Positions 1-12,329 of a stretch of 64,000 nucleotides of DNA are shown here, in pieces. The stretch lies in contig NC_043025.1 in assembly GCF_006345805.1 (NCBI RefSeq), forward strand, positions 5,146,001 to 5,210,000, in the 5' to 3' direction. This DNA is from Octopus sinensis. Taxonomy: Eukaryota. How positions within the stretch are numbered: the first letter of the stretch is position 1; every line of letters starts with the position of its first letter. Below the pieces are notes generated by a model that saw only the letters and a program-made list of their open reading frames with translations, did no database searches and had not been told where the DNA came from. Position numbers and translations under genes: made by a program.

Positions 1-149
1 TGAGGTTTACTCGTGTGTGTGTAAGCGCCTAATTAAGAAATACACACATATCTGTGAATATATTGTGTGTGTGTGTGTTCTATATTTTATATGTATATGT
101 GAATGTGTGTTTATATATGTATATATATGAATATTATTTATACATAAGC

Positions 150-670
150 ACTATCCGACTTGTGGCCGATGCCAGCGCCGCCTCGACTGGCTTCCGTGCC
201 GGTGGCATGTAAAATGCACCAATCCGACCCTGGCCGTTGCCAGCCTCGCCTGGCACCTGTGCAGGTGGCACGTAAAAAGCACCCACTACACTCACGGAGT
301 GGTTGGCGTTAGGAAGGGCATCCAGCTGTAGAAACATTGCCAGATCAGACTGGAGCCTGGTTCAGCCTTTTGGCTTCCCAGACCCTAGTTGAACCGTCCA
401 ACCCATGCTAGCACGGAAAACGGACGTTAAACGATGACGACGATGACGATACATATGTGCGAGTCTCACGTAGAAGGCACCTGTGCCAGTGGGACATAAA
501 AGCACCCATTGCTCTCTCAGATTGGTTGGGGTTAGGAAGGGCATCCAGCTGTAGAAACCCTGCCAAATCAGGCTGAAACCTGGTGCAGCCTTCCAGCGCT
601 GGTCAAACTGTCCAACCCATGCCAGCATGGACAACAGATGTTCAATGATGACGATGATGATGTTGATGAT
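150..670 (+). mobile_element. Two copies of retroposon family D ((GAT)n tail, ggttggcgttaggaagggcatccagc core)
   Basis: The same sequence recurs at 1833-2127 (+), 5623-5930 (-), 10750-10995 (+), 26936-27910 (-), 44255-44410 (-) and 52625-53050 (-). Confidence 0.8.
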
Positions 671-705
671 GACTATGTTATTATACATACATATAAGTGC
701 ATAAA

Positions 706-1085
706 CGTGGCTGTGTGGTAAGAAGCTTGCTTCCCAAGCACAGGGTTCCGGGTTCAGTCCTACTGCATGGCACCTTGGGCAAGTGTCTTCTATAGCCTCG
801 GGCTGACCAAAGCCTTGTGAGTGGATTTGGTTGACAGAAACTGAAAGAAGACCATCATATGTATGTGTGTGTGTGTACATGTTTGTTTTTTCCCCACCAC
901 CTCTTGACAATCAGTGTCTGTGTGTTTACATCCCCATAACTTAGTAGTTTGGCAAAAGAGACTGACGGAATCGGTACCAGGCTTTAAAAAAAAAATGTGC
1001 TGTGGCCAAGTTGTTTGACTAAAATCCTTCAAGGTGGTGGCCCAGCATGGCTACACTCGAACAAGTGAAATACTAAAAGTAAAAA
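706..1085 (+). mobile_element. SINE family A
   Basis: Colinear with 15164-15553 and more diverged. Confidence 0.8.
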
Positions 1086-1097
1086 AACGAAAATATA

Positions 1098-1831
1098 TAC
1101 GAAGGGGTGTTTGAAAAGTTCCTGGTTTTAAGGGTATTGTGAGAGGACTGGTTGGTGACCCCAACTTTCCGAGTTCTTTTACAGAACCAAAAAAACCCCT
1201 GAAGGATCGCTGCGATAAGTGTGTGAATCTGAGAGGAGAATATATATATATATAAAACTGTAGTTTTATATATAAAAGAAAGGTTGTGTGTCTGTCCCCT
1301 TCGATTTAGATTCCTAACTACTCCCACATTTTGCGGTGCAGTTTAACCAAATTCGGGTATCTTATAGTCGTGATTCATATCGAGCCCGTCTGGGTATTAG
1401 CGCGCGTCTACGATGAGTCTACGATTTTAAAAATAATTTTACATCATTTTTTTATTCCATTTTAATGCATATTTTTTCGTGTGTCGATGACGGCGGGAGT
1501 TGGCGTCCACGGTCCACCTGCACCTGTTGGCTTCTCCCCCTTCTTCCCTCCCTCGTGAAGCTGTGGGGAAGGGAGTGTAAGGAAATCAACGTCGTTAAAG
1601 CGTTGTCAAGGAGACCAGCGTTCTTTTAGAACAACGACTTCATGGCTTGAAGACACCAAAACAGAAATGGCTAAGAAAGCCCGAATTGGCATCTATAAGG
1701 GAAGTAACTCTCTAAAAATGCTTATATAGTTATTTCCCTTACAAACCCGAGCAACGCCGGGTGATACTGCTAGTGTTGGATAAAATCATAATTCACCGAT
1801 CCTTCTGCATTTTCTTCTGCCCAAAGCCAGG
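1098..1831 (+). mobile_element. Mariner-derived MITE remnant split by a Helitron
   Basis: TA-CGA(A)GGGG TIR at 1098 and a partial right TIR (aaagccagg). Removing the Helitron restores DRCDKCVNLRGEYVG-stop, resembling the mariner transposase C-terminus (KCV..GEYVE). Confidence 0.7.
1243..1773 (+). mobile_element. Non-autonomous Helitron
   Basis: 5' end T(A)TATATATATAAAA, 3' hairpin cccg-agcaacgc-cggg and terminal CTAG. Inserted between A and T with no TSD. Confidence 0.78.
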
Positions 1832-2623
1832 GTCGCTGACTGGCTCCTATTCGAGCGTGATCCTTGCCAGTGCCACCGGACTGGTTTCTGTGCAGGTGGC
1901 ACATAAAAAGTACCATTTGAGTGTGGCCGATGCCGGTGCCGCCTGACTGGCCCTTGTGCCGGTGGCGCGTAAAAGCACCCACCACACTCTGAGTGGTTGG
2001 CGCTAGGAAGGGTATCCAGCTGCAGAAACTTCGCCAGATCAGATTGGAGACTGGCTCGCCGGCCCTCAGTCAAACCGTCCAACCCATGCTAGCATGGAAA
2101 GCAGTCGTTAAAAGATGATGATGATGATATATTTATATATATATATATATATATATGATTTAATAAATAAAAATAATGCATTTGAGTGAAATTTGATAGA
2201 TGGAAACTGGAAGAAACCTTCTCCACGTGTGTGTGTGTGCTGATACTAAATAAGGTACCATTTATACAGTGACTTATGACAAATATAAAATTTGCTATGG
2301 TAGAAAATATATTTGAAACACAGGCCAATGCTGATTGGCCTTTGTTTGATATGTAATGCTTCTTTTTTTCTTCTCAAATTTCCTTTTAAAACTTGATAGC
2401 TTATGTCGATGATCTACTCTTATATTGTACTCTATTGCTTGGTGTGCATGGTCTTAGGTTTTGACGATTGTACATTACATTAGGTAGGGCTCTAGCCATA
2501 GCTGACCTCGGCCTTGCCTGCTTCTAGTTAAACTGTCCAATCTATGCTGGTGTGGAAAATGAACATTTGAGGATGAGGTTGCTTGTTTTGTATACATTAC
2601 ATATCTCGGTATTTATGCTTTCA

Positions 2624-2760
2624 GTAGCAGCATAGCCTGGCGTTGCCCGGGTATGTAAGAGTAGGCAACGACTAATCCCAATCTAGTCCTTTCCCTCTAG
2701 GGAACGAAGGCGCATGTGTAGGTGCAATGTCTTCTCTTCACCTGAATACTTATGTTATAT
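2624..2760 (-). mobile_element. Short degenerate Helitron
   Basis: gtagcagcatagcctggcgttgcccggg is the reverse complement of the Helitron 3' hairpin and CTAG end seen at 1746-1773. Confidence 0.5.
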
Positions 2761-2959
2761 ATATATATATATATATATATATACGACAGGCTTCTTTCAG
2801 TTTCCGTCTACTAAATCCACTCACAAGGCATTGGTCAGCCCGGAGCTATAGTAGAAGACAGTTGCCCAAGATGCCACACAGTGGGACTGAACCCGGAACC
2901 ATGTGGTTGGTTAGCAAGCTACTTACCACACAGCCACTCCTGCGCCTATATATATGTAT

Positions 2960-3125
2960 ATATGCTTTATTTTAAGCAGCAGAAAATTCAACAAAATCTG
3001 TTACTCTGAGTTTCTGTTGCCGTTCATCAGACAGTTTTGCTAGCAAAAACTGTCTGATTAACGGCAACAGGAAAAGCAGAGTAACAGATTTTGTTGAATT
3101 TTCTGCTGCTTAAAATAAAGCATAT
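2960..3125. mobile_element. Inverted, Penelope-like terminal repeat pair forming a hairpin of about 165 bp, with an HHR motif in each arm
   Basis: Near-perfect palindrome centred on GCTAGC (3039-3044). The minus-strand arm reads CTGT-CTGATGA-ACGGCAACA-GAAAC-TCAGA-GTA^ACAG. The plus-strand copy has a broken core (CTGATTA...GAAAAG). Confidence 0.65.
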
Positions 3126-3554
3126 TACTCTACCACTGGTATTTGAATACTCTTTTTTCCACCTTGTTTCACATTTATGTGTTTACTCCGGTATATGTAT
3201 ATATATATTGTTCTGCTGCTTGCTCGCAGTCATTGTGGTGTTTTGTAAGGTGTAGTTCGTTCAGGTGCCAACACAAAAGTGGTTGTGTCCTGTCCTGTAA
3301 GAATAAAGAGTTCTTGGTCTCCTCTTTTGTGTCATTGTATGCTCAAGTTAATGTGACCGAACAAAGTGTAGGTATGTTTCATTGCTTTGTAAAAATGCCT
3401 CGTTGCCAAGCGTGACCTCGTTAAGCAGGACTTAGTCAACCGAGACACAAAGAAGGAAGTGAACGATGTGTCAGGAGTTTGGTTGCAGTGATTTCACACC
3501 AGGTGGCGGTGGTGGTGGTGGTGGTGGGGTCACCATTACCCGATATATTCTTCT

Positions 3555-4159
3555 GGCGGCGAGCTGGCAGAGTCGTTAGCACGCCGGGCGGAGTGCTTAG
3601 CGGTATTTCGTCTGCCGCTACGTTGTGAGTTCAAATTCCGCCGAGGTCGACTTTGCTTTTCAACCTTTTAGGGTCGATAAATTAAGTACCAGTTACACAC
3701 TGGGGTCGATGTAATCGACTTAATACCTATGTCTGTCCTTGTTTGTCCCCTCTGTGTTTAGCCCCTTGTGGGTAATAAAGAAATAGGTATTTCGTCTGCC
3801 GCTACGTTGTGAGTTCAAATTCCGCTGAGGTCGACTTTGCCTTTCAACCTTTTAGGGTCGATAAATTAAGTACCAGTTACACACTGGGGTCGATGTAATC
3901 GACTTAATACCTATGTCTGTCCTTGTTTGTCCCCTCTGTGTTTAGCCCCTTGTGGGTAATAAAGAAATAGGTATTTCGTCTGTCGTTACGTTCTGAGTTC
4001 AAATTCCGCTGAGGTCGACTTTGCCTTTCTTCCTTTCGAGGTCGATTAAATAAGTACCAGTTACGCACTGGGGTCGATATAATCGACTTAATTCCTTTGT
4101 CTGTCCTTGTTTGTCCCCTCTAGGTTTAGCCCCTTGTGAGTAATAAAGAAATAGGTATT
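3555..4159 (+). mobile_element. SINE family B (tRNA-derived) with three tandem 184-bp bodies
   Basis: Head ggcggcgagctggcagagtcgttagc and B box gagttcaaattc. Units start at 3602, 3786 and 3970. Confidence 0.85.
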
Positions 4160-4544
4160 CTTGTGGCTTAACGATGGAATGGTTTCCGAGTAACTCACCG
4201 ACTGACATTAGTACGCCACCTGGCCCGGTGTCACCCAGTATTATGTGTGCCACGTGCGTGCCTGCTCGGTTGGGTGGGCAGACAGACCACGTGGTGCAAC
4301 CACCTCGATCATGCAGTTGAGTGTGATGCGCATGGCATGGCGTCAAGATGACAGCGCCTTGCGGTGCACATGCTCTGTATGATGAGGGGAGGAGTGTGTG
4401 TATGGTGTTCTTTGTGTCAATGATGGGGGGTGGGCATGGTTAGGTTTTACGGTTCCGTGATTTTCTTTGAACCCATTCAATTATATGAATCAAATGTAGG
4501 TATATGTGTGTATATATATATTTGTGTGTGTGTGTATATATTTG

Positions 4545-4590
<46 letters not shown>

Positions 4591-5010
4591 TAAACATACA
4601 CACAAATATATACATACACACACAAATATATATACACACATATACCTACATATGTATATATATGTATGTATATCATACATATATATAGTTAGACATCCAC
4701 AAACATGCATATACGCATATGAATTCATTTCTTTATGTGTATAGGTATCTATCTATCTATCTACCTATCTGTTTACCTATCTATACACACACACACACAC
4801 ACAGAGGGTAAGGGTGTTGTGCTTTCATGTTGAAAGTAGTTTATGTGAGGAAGAGGTGAGGTTGGAGTGTGGAAATACCGGTTAGTGACCTAAGTGTTTC
4901 ACTTTCTATGAACTCTGAGTAATCGCGCTTGTAGGTGATGTGTCACAGTGGCTTTGTCCTTACTTATATATATATATATAATCAAAAATAAGCAACAAGA
5001 ATAACTTCGG

Positions 5011-5104
5011 TAATTTGGTACGATCGTTTCACGCTACATCATTTTATTTAATATTGTAAGATTTACAACAGTTCTAAAATGTTGGGCAATCATCAGCCAT
5101 TAAT
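5011..5104 (-). ncRNA. Type I hammerhead ribozyme with extended stem II (same family as 39194-39289)
   Basis: Minus strand reads TAATGG-CTGATGA-[59 nt: CATTTTA/TAAAATG, apical TGTTGTAA atc TTACAATA]-GAAAC-GATC-GTA^CCAAATTA, with palindromic ACGATCGT. It shares the flank AAGCAACAAGAAT (4990-5002) with 39175-39187. Confidence 0.65.
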
Positions 5105-5563
5105 AGAGGTTTCCCATTAATACATAATTTTCATATCAAGTGATAACCTTATTGAGAAGGTAGATATATAGACAAAGATGTTGAATCTTAAAATTCAAAT
5201 CAACATATTGGGTACACTACCCGCAGTATATTAGATAGGTACTATCCCTGAGTTGTTTGGCCTCCCAACCTCTAACTTTCACTGAAATATGGAAACAGAA
5301 AAAAAAAATATATATATATATTCTTTTATTCTCTTGTTTCAGTCATTTGACTGCAGCCATGCTGGAGCACCACTTTTAGTCAAAGGAATCGACCCCCAGG
5401 ACTTATTCTTTGTAAGCCTAGTACTTACTCTATCGGACTCTTTTGCTGAACTGCTAACACACCAACATCGGGTGTCAAGCGGTGGTTGGAGGACAAACAC
5501 AGACACATACATATATATATGTTTTTATATATACAGACATATACATGTATATATATATGTTTT

Positions 5564-5616
<53 letters not shown>

Positions 5617-6002
5617 TATATATCATCATCATCATCATCATCATCGTTTAACGTTCCTTTTTCCGCGCTAGCACGGGTTGGACGGTTCGACCGGGGTCTG
5701 GGAAGCCAGGGGCTGCACCAGGCTCCAGTCTGATCTGGCAGAGTTTCTACAGCTGGATGCCCTTCCTAACGCCAACCACTCTGCGAGTGTAGTGGGTGCT
5801 TTTTACGTGCCACCTGTACAGGTGCCAGGGGCGTCCGGCATCGGCCACGATCGGTTGGAGCTTTTAACGTGCCACCGGCACGGAAGCCAGCCAAGGCGGC
5901 GCTCGCAACGGTCACGTTCGGATGGTGCCTTTTATATATATATATATATTATATTATATATATATATATATAGTTTACGAAAATATATATATATATATAA
6001 AG

Positions 6003-6165
6003 TTTACGAAAATAAACAAAAGACGAAGGCAGGTGGAGTACAAACAAACAAATGTATTAGTATAGCGCTCAGGAATAGAAATAGAACAAGTCTTTTACGT
6101 TTCGAGCCTACGCTCTTCGACAGAAAGTTACACAGAAAAAAACGCGTGTAGGAGCTAACGATCTA
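6003..6165 (-). mobile_element. Penelope-like terminal fragment with degenerate minimal HHR
   Basis: Minus strand CTTT-CTGTCGA-A-GAGC gtag GCTC-GAAA-CG-TA^AAAG. Homologous to 14695-14830. Confidence 0.5.
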
Positions 6166-6327
6166 CAGGCTTTCAGTTTTACTCTACCAAATCCACTCAC
6201 AGGGCTTTGGTTTCTTCAAGGCTATAGTAGAAGACACGTGCCCAATGTGTGACGCAGTGGGACTGAACTTGGAACCATGTGGTTGCAAAGCAAGCTTCTT
6301 ACCACACAGCTATTGTGTGAGGTGCTA

Positions 6328-6445
6328 ACAGCCAGCACCTAGGTTTCCCAAGCGGTCACTCATCTATGTACTCATTAGGTTTGATGTTGCTTAACCTCAG
6401 TGATCAGACAAGAACCTGTGCATTCATCAAGATATGACCGTATTA
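6328..6445 (-). pseudogene. 5S rRNA pseudogene
   Basis: Reverse complement tacggtcatatc...gttcttgtctgatcactgaggttaagcaac...agtacatagatgagtgaccgcttgggaaacctaggtgctg is colinear with metazoan 5S rRNA over about 115 nt, with many CpG-type transitions. Confidence 0.85.
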
Positions 6446-6484
6446 TATATCTTTTACCTTTTACTTTTTCCAGTCATTAGACTG

Positions 6485-7510
6485 TGAGCATGCTCAGGCA
6501 GCACTACTTTGGGGGCTTGTAGTTGAACAAATCAACCCCTCTACTTGGGTTTTTTCCTTCATGAAAGGTTACAGGCGTGGCTGTGTGGTCAGTATCTTGC
6601 TTCCCAACTACATGGTTTTGGGTTCAGTCCCAATGTGTGGCACCTTGAGCAAGTGTCATTCTGCTATTGCCTCAGGCCGACCAAAGCCTTATGAGTGGAT
6701 TTGGTAGACGGAAACTGAAAGAATCCCATCATGTGTATGTCAGTTTGCCCTCTGCCACCACTTAATAACCGGTGTTGGTGTGTTTACATCCCTGTAAACT
6801 AGCTATTCAGCAAAAAAGAGTGATCGATGAGCATGCTCAGGTACTACTTTGGGGGCTTGTAGTTGAACAAATCAATCCCTCTACTTGGTTTTTTGCTTTC
6901 ATGAAAGGTTACAGGTGTGGCTGTGTGGTAAGAAGTTTGCTTCCCAGTCACATGGATCTGGGTTCAGTCCCACTGTGTGGCACCTTGGGCAAGTGTCTTA
7001 TACTCTAGCCTCAGGCTGACCAAAGCCTTGTCGATGGATTTGGTAGGTGGAAACTGAAAGAAGCCCATCAAGTCTGTGTCAGTTTGCCCTCTACCTATTT
7101 CTTTACAGCCCACAAGGGGCTAAACACAGAGAGGACAAATGGATTAAGTCGATTATATCGACACCAGTGCGTAACTGGTACTTATTTACTCAACCCCGAA
7201 AGGATGAAAGGCAAAGTCAACCCCGGTGGAATTTGCACTCACAAAGTAGCGGCAAACGAAATACCACTTAGCATTTCGCCCGACGTGCTAACGTTTCTGC
7301 CAGCTCGCCACCACTTGACAACCGGTGTTGGTGTGTTTACATCCCTGTAAACTAGCTATTCAGCAAAAAAAGAGGGATCGAATATGTATCAGGCTTAAAA
7401 AGGAAAGCCAATGCGTACTGGGGTCCATGGATTCGATTAAAGCGTCTTTTGAGTCTGTGCCCCAGCATGGCCCGCACTCTTAAGGACTGAAACAAGCAAA
7501 AGATAAAAAG
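6485..7510 (+). mobile_element. Tandemly duplicated SINE-A-containing segment; second copy interrupted by SINE-B (7094-7310, minus strand)
   Basis: 6485-6827 repeats from 6828 onward. The site cagtttgccctct|ccaccactt is split only in the second copy. Confidence 0.8.
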
Positions 7511-8334
7511 AACCACTATACAGACATAACTATGCACACTTTATCACCACCATGTTCACACTCCTCCTCCTCCTCGTCCTTCTCCTCCTCCTCTCCTCCA
7601 TCACTTTTTTCTTTTTTTCTCCCCTCCCCCCTTCCCCCCTCATTGTTGCTACAACTTCTGCCAACTTCCTTCCAGAAACTTCCTTCCACAATCTTTGTTC
7701 TCTGCTTCCTGTATCAGCCCCCCCCCCCTGCATCCCTTGTTAGGTGGTGGAGTGAGAGGGGGGGCACATTCATCCCCCCTCCCCCACCCAGCTCCTCTCC
7801 TCACTTCACCCCCACCCCAACATCTCTTGTGTCTCTTACTCTTATTGTACCCCCTCTACCTCTGTCTGGCCCCCCTATATTTATATATATATATATTTAT
7901 GTATATATACATATACCACACACATACGCATATATGTATAGAAGGCTATATACACCTACATACACACACACACACACACACAGCACTTATTCTTATAATT
8001 ATGATTCTATTTCTTGCTCTGTGTGCTGTCCCCCACTTCACTTCCCTATATCACCTGCTTTCCCTCCTCCTCGCTGTCTCCTCAAAGTCTACACACACAC
8101 ACACACACAAGCATCTTTCCATCTTCCTATCAAAACCTCCAACCTCAACAGTTTGCCATCCTCCATCACCGCCGCCTCCACCACCACCACAAATAACCCT
8201 TAATTCTGTGGGTGCCCCCCCTTACCCCTCACACACACTTCTCCCTCACCCCCCTTACATGCCACCATCTCCTTCCTCTTTGGCTGCTGTTGCTGAGCAT
8301 CCCTTTCTGTGGTATCACCATCATCATCATCACC

Positions 8335-8389
<55 letters not shown>

Positions 8390-9388
8390 ACAACAACATC
8401 AACATCATAACCCTGTACACCCACATCACACAAAATGTACTATTTCTTTATCTTGCCTCCCTCCCTCTCTTTCCCTCTCTCTCTTTCAAACGCTACGACT
8501 CTCTTTCTCTTTCTCTTGACACTCTCTCCTTCCCCCCCGGGGGGGGGGTTAAAAAAATTCCCTCCCCCATCCTTCCCTTTCTCCTACCTTCCTTCCTTCC
8601 TTCCTGACAAGTTTCTGTCTTTTCTCCCTTTCATCTTCCACCCTGCTCTCCACCCCCCTTTCGCGACCCATATCTTTCCATTTCTTCACTTCACTGCAGT
8701 ACCCTTTCCCCCCCCCCACGACACCCCACCTCCCAATAGTTAACCCCCCCACCCCGCTCTCCCTTCCCTCTTCTCATCTTGACTGTTCTTCTTTGACACC
8801 AGTCCATTCTTTCCCCCCCTCTTATATATATATATATATACATATTCTTCAATCCAACATCTCCCTGCACCCCACCTGCTTTCTTAGTGTCTTCCACATG
8901 CACCCTCTCCTTTCTTTCTTCCTCTACTGTTGCCACCCCCAACACACATATATCTATCACCAACCTCAATATTGTCTACTATCCGCCTCCTTCCTCTATC
9001 ACAGAACTCCAAATTCCACATCATTGTTGCCAAGCATCAGCACTTCCCCCCACCCCAATTCCCACCCCACTTTATATATATGTCACCCACCACCTCCACC
9101 ACCCCCAATGTCAAAATCTCTACAGCACCAATCATCTTATATTCTACCCCCTTCCTCTTTATATATCTGTGTGACTATTTGTGTATCTGTGTGTTGGAGT
9201 AAATAGAAAGCAAAAACAAAAAACACATGAAATATCAGTGGAAAAGGAAGAGGTTTCGGGCAATTGTCTTTCATCAGGACAAACAAGGGATTAGAAAGAA
9301 AGCAAGCCCCAAAGTGTGTAGAAATAAAAGTTGTATATGTCCTGAATATGAAAGTTTAAATAAACTGCTCCCTAGTTTGGAAGTTACA

Positions 9389-9875
9389 TCATGCATTCAT
9401 CCATTGTTCGACCGTGGTCGAGACAATGGAATTTTTACCATGCTACGCCAGACTTCACGGTCCATCATGGCATTACGGAGGTCCTGTTGCTGGATACCTG
9501 TATCCCTGGAGATTACATCAGGGTAGGAGAGTGTGCGCCCTCTGGTATTGCGAGTAGATGGCTTCCAGAGGAGAAGAGTAGAAATTACCTCGTTTTCAGC
9601 TCTACAACAATGTCCAGCAAACTGGACTCTTCTACCTTTCACAAGAGATGAGACAGGTGGTAGTTTCCCATATATTTGTACTTTGGTTGGATGATGCTTC
9701 CATGAGAGATTTTGAGCTCTCATAAGGCGGCGAGTGTAGGTTCCATCCAACCGCCTCTCAAGCTTCTTTGATAGCATCCAGGTTTCTGAGCCATTTAGTA
9801 GAATTGGTTCGACTGTGGCTTTGAAGATTTCAAGTTTGAAGTCTCTACTTAGATTTGATGACCAGATCTTATGCA
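9389..9875 (-). mobile_element. 5'-truncated RTE-clade LINE (RT C-terminus and 3' tail)
   Basis: Encodes KLEIFKATVEPILLNGSETW...RRVQFAGHCCRA...AMMDREVWRSMV, with a (TGA)n-like tail. TSD tttggaagttaca (9376-9388) / tttggaaggtaca (9876-9888). Confidence 0.88.
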
Positions 9876-11224
9876 TTTGGAAGGTACAGAGAGTTCTGCA
9901 GAGTTGTGATCCGCCCTTTATAAGTATATAAAGCCATACAGACACAGTATGGTTTTATATTTATAACTATCTGTATCTGTCTATTAAGCTATTTGTCTGA
10001 TTCTCTGTCTGTCTGTCTGTTGTACGAGGATGCCTTTCTCTCTGTCTGTCTCTCTGTATCCATCTATCTATCTATCTACTCATCTTTCTATCCCTATATC
10101 TCAGTGTATGTATGTATCTATCTCACTTTGTTTCTAGCTATCTGCCTATCTATCTATCTACTCATCTTTCTATCCCTATATCTAAGTGTATGTATCTATC
10201 TAACTTTGTTTCTAGCTATCTGCCTATCTATCTGTCTATCTATCTATCTATCTGTCTGTCTGATTCAAAACCACGATCCTCCAACCACGAGTCCGCTGCC
10301 CTAACCACTGGGCCATTGCACCTCCACTCTCAGTCCTACTCGACATTAGCAAATGGGTATGCAACCAGTAAATAGTCGCACATATATAGTGCGTGTATGT
10401 GTGTACTTCCTAACTAGTTGTATGACCAAGTAGTTAAAAGGTTTAGCAATTCCTGAGGCCTGAGTTCAATCTCATGTCATGGTATCTTGTGCAAGAGAGT
10501 TTTGTATTTATAGTTTTGGGGTATTCCAAACCTTATGGTTGATGTTGGGTAGGTGGAAACTCTGTGGAATGTTCTTGGGTGAACTATACTCGTAATTCAA
10601 GTCTGTAGTCTCGTCTAATATTGTGGCATTTATGTCTGTGCAATAAATCGAGCACTTACACTAAAACACTATGGGTAGAGGTAGTTTGGGCAGCGAACAG
10701 CTGAGATAGTCATCACTGGAACTGACTGAGGTCCATTTAGTTTATATATACATAAAAAGCACCATCGGATCGTGGCCGTTTGCCAGCCTTGTCTGGCACC
10801 TGTGCAGGTGGCACATAAAAAGCACCCACTACACTCACGAAGTGGTTGGCGTTAGGAAGGGCATCCAGCTGTAGAAACACTGCCAGATCAGACTGGGCCT
10901 GGTGCAGCCTTCTGGCTTCCCAGACCCCAGTTGAACCGTCCAACCCATGCTAGCATGGAAAGCGGACGCTAAACGAAGATGATGATGATGATGATACTGG
11001 AGAGCTGCACCAGGTTCCAGTCTGGTTTGGTACGGTTTCTACAAGCTGCGTGCCCTTCCTAACGCCAACCACCCCCAAACGTGTAATGGGTGCTTTTTAC
11101 ATGCCGGCAGCACAGGCTTGATGGGTCTTCCTGAAGAATGGCATATTGTCAAGGGTCTCAGTCACTTGTCATTGCCTCATGTGGTGATACCCTGTGTTGG
11201 TTTCTTTACATCCCTATAAGTTAC

Positions 11225-11567
11225 TTAGTTAGTTAGTTAGTTAATTTTTTTGGCTCAAAAAGCAAAAAGCAAGGCCATGTAGGGGGACATGGAGTTATGT
11301 ACAGGGTGGTGTTCATGTAAAGAGTTCAGGCCACTTGAGGTCAAGGAAGACTTTGAACCGAGCGGTCGTCGGCATCTTCACCATCTCGTCCGGCAGCTTA
11401 TTCCACGGATTCATGTGTGTGTATATGTCTGTGTGTGTGTGTTAGTTAGGTAGTTAATTTTTGGCTCAAAAAGCAAAAAGCAAGGCCATGTAGGGGGAAA
11501 TGGAGTTATGTACAGGGTGGTGTTCATGTAAAGAGTTCAGGCCACTTGAGGTCGAGGGAGACTTTGA
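11225..11567 (-). mobile_element. CR1-type LINE 3'-end units with (TAAC)n tail, about 1.6 tandem copies
   Basis: Minus strand encodes PWNKLPDEMVKMPTTARFKVFLDLKW, resembling the CR1 ORF2 C-terminal WNxLP...FK..LD motif. Units are joined by (TG)n. Confidence 0.75.
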
Positions 11568-11735
11568 TAAGACGAACAACTACCAAGCTTAACGAAAAGG
11601 GATAAGTACTGGGGTCTAAGTAACTTTTAGAGGTCCCTTATGAGGTTGTTGTTGTCAAAATTTATCTGCAATAGATTCGGTTATAATTCATTATACGAAA
11701 TGTCTAACAATATCTTATACAAATCCTAATAATAT

Positions 11736-11964
11736 TTAACCTTTTAGGATTCAGATTTCTTTGTGAAATTTTTTGCGTATTTATTCATACTGTTTTAAAT
11801 TAATCCCATATTATTTTGCAACTTTAAAATTTAAATGGTGTGGCTATATATTTTTAAAATGACATTGTAGGGTAGGTGTGAGAGGTTGGATCCAGACAGT
11901 TTTAACATAAAACAGGTGGAATATTTGGGCCGGATATGGCCGGATTAAAATGCTAAAGGGTTAA
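11736..11964. mobile_element. piggyBac-type MITE
   Basis: TTAA-CCTTTTAG ... CTAAAGGG-TTAA. Fragments of the same family lie at 20107-20245 and 44586-44690. Confidence 0.75.
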
Positions 11965-12329
11965 TAGGGTTTTTTAAACATGAAATAGTTGTAAAGGTCC
12001 ACCAGAGTAAACTAAGGCTCAAAGGAGTCCATAAATAAAAAAAAAAAAAAATAAAAAAAAGGGTTGATGCCACTGGACTAAACTCGGCAACCGAGTGCCT
12101 CAGTATGGCCACCATCCAGTGGTTGAAAAAAATAACAGATGACCTCCATAGCTGCACACAAATTTATGTATATGCAGGATATGTGTACATTTGTGTAATA
12201 TACAATCAGGGTTTATGAGAGACATCCTGTTGTATGCAGTAAAGTGAAGGTGTTGACATACATACACGACTCTCTCTCTCTCTCTCTCTCTTCATTTATG
12301 TATTTATGTGTCTCATAAGAAAGAAGCCC

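Noticed and set aside
7532-8607. Pro/His-rich ORFs
   Set aside because: Low-complexity C/T-rich sequence plus (CAT)n.
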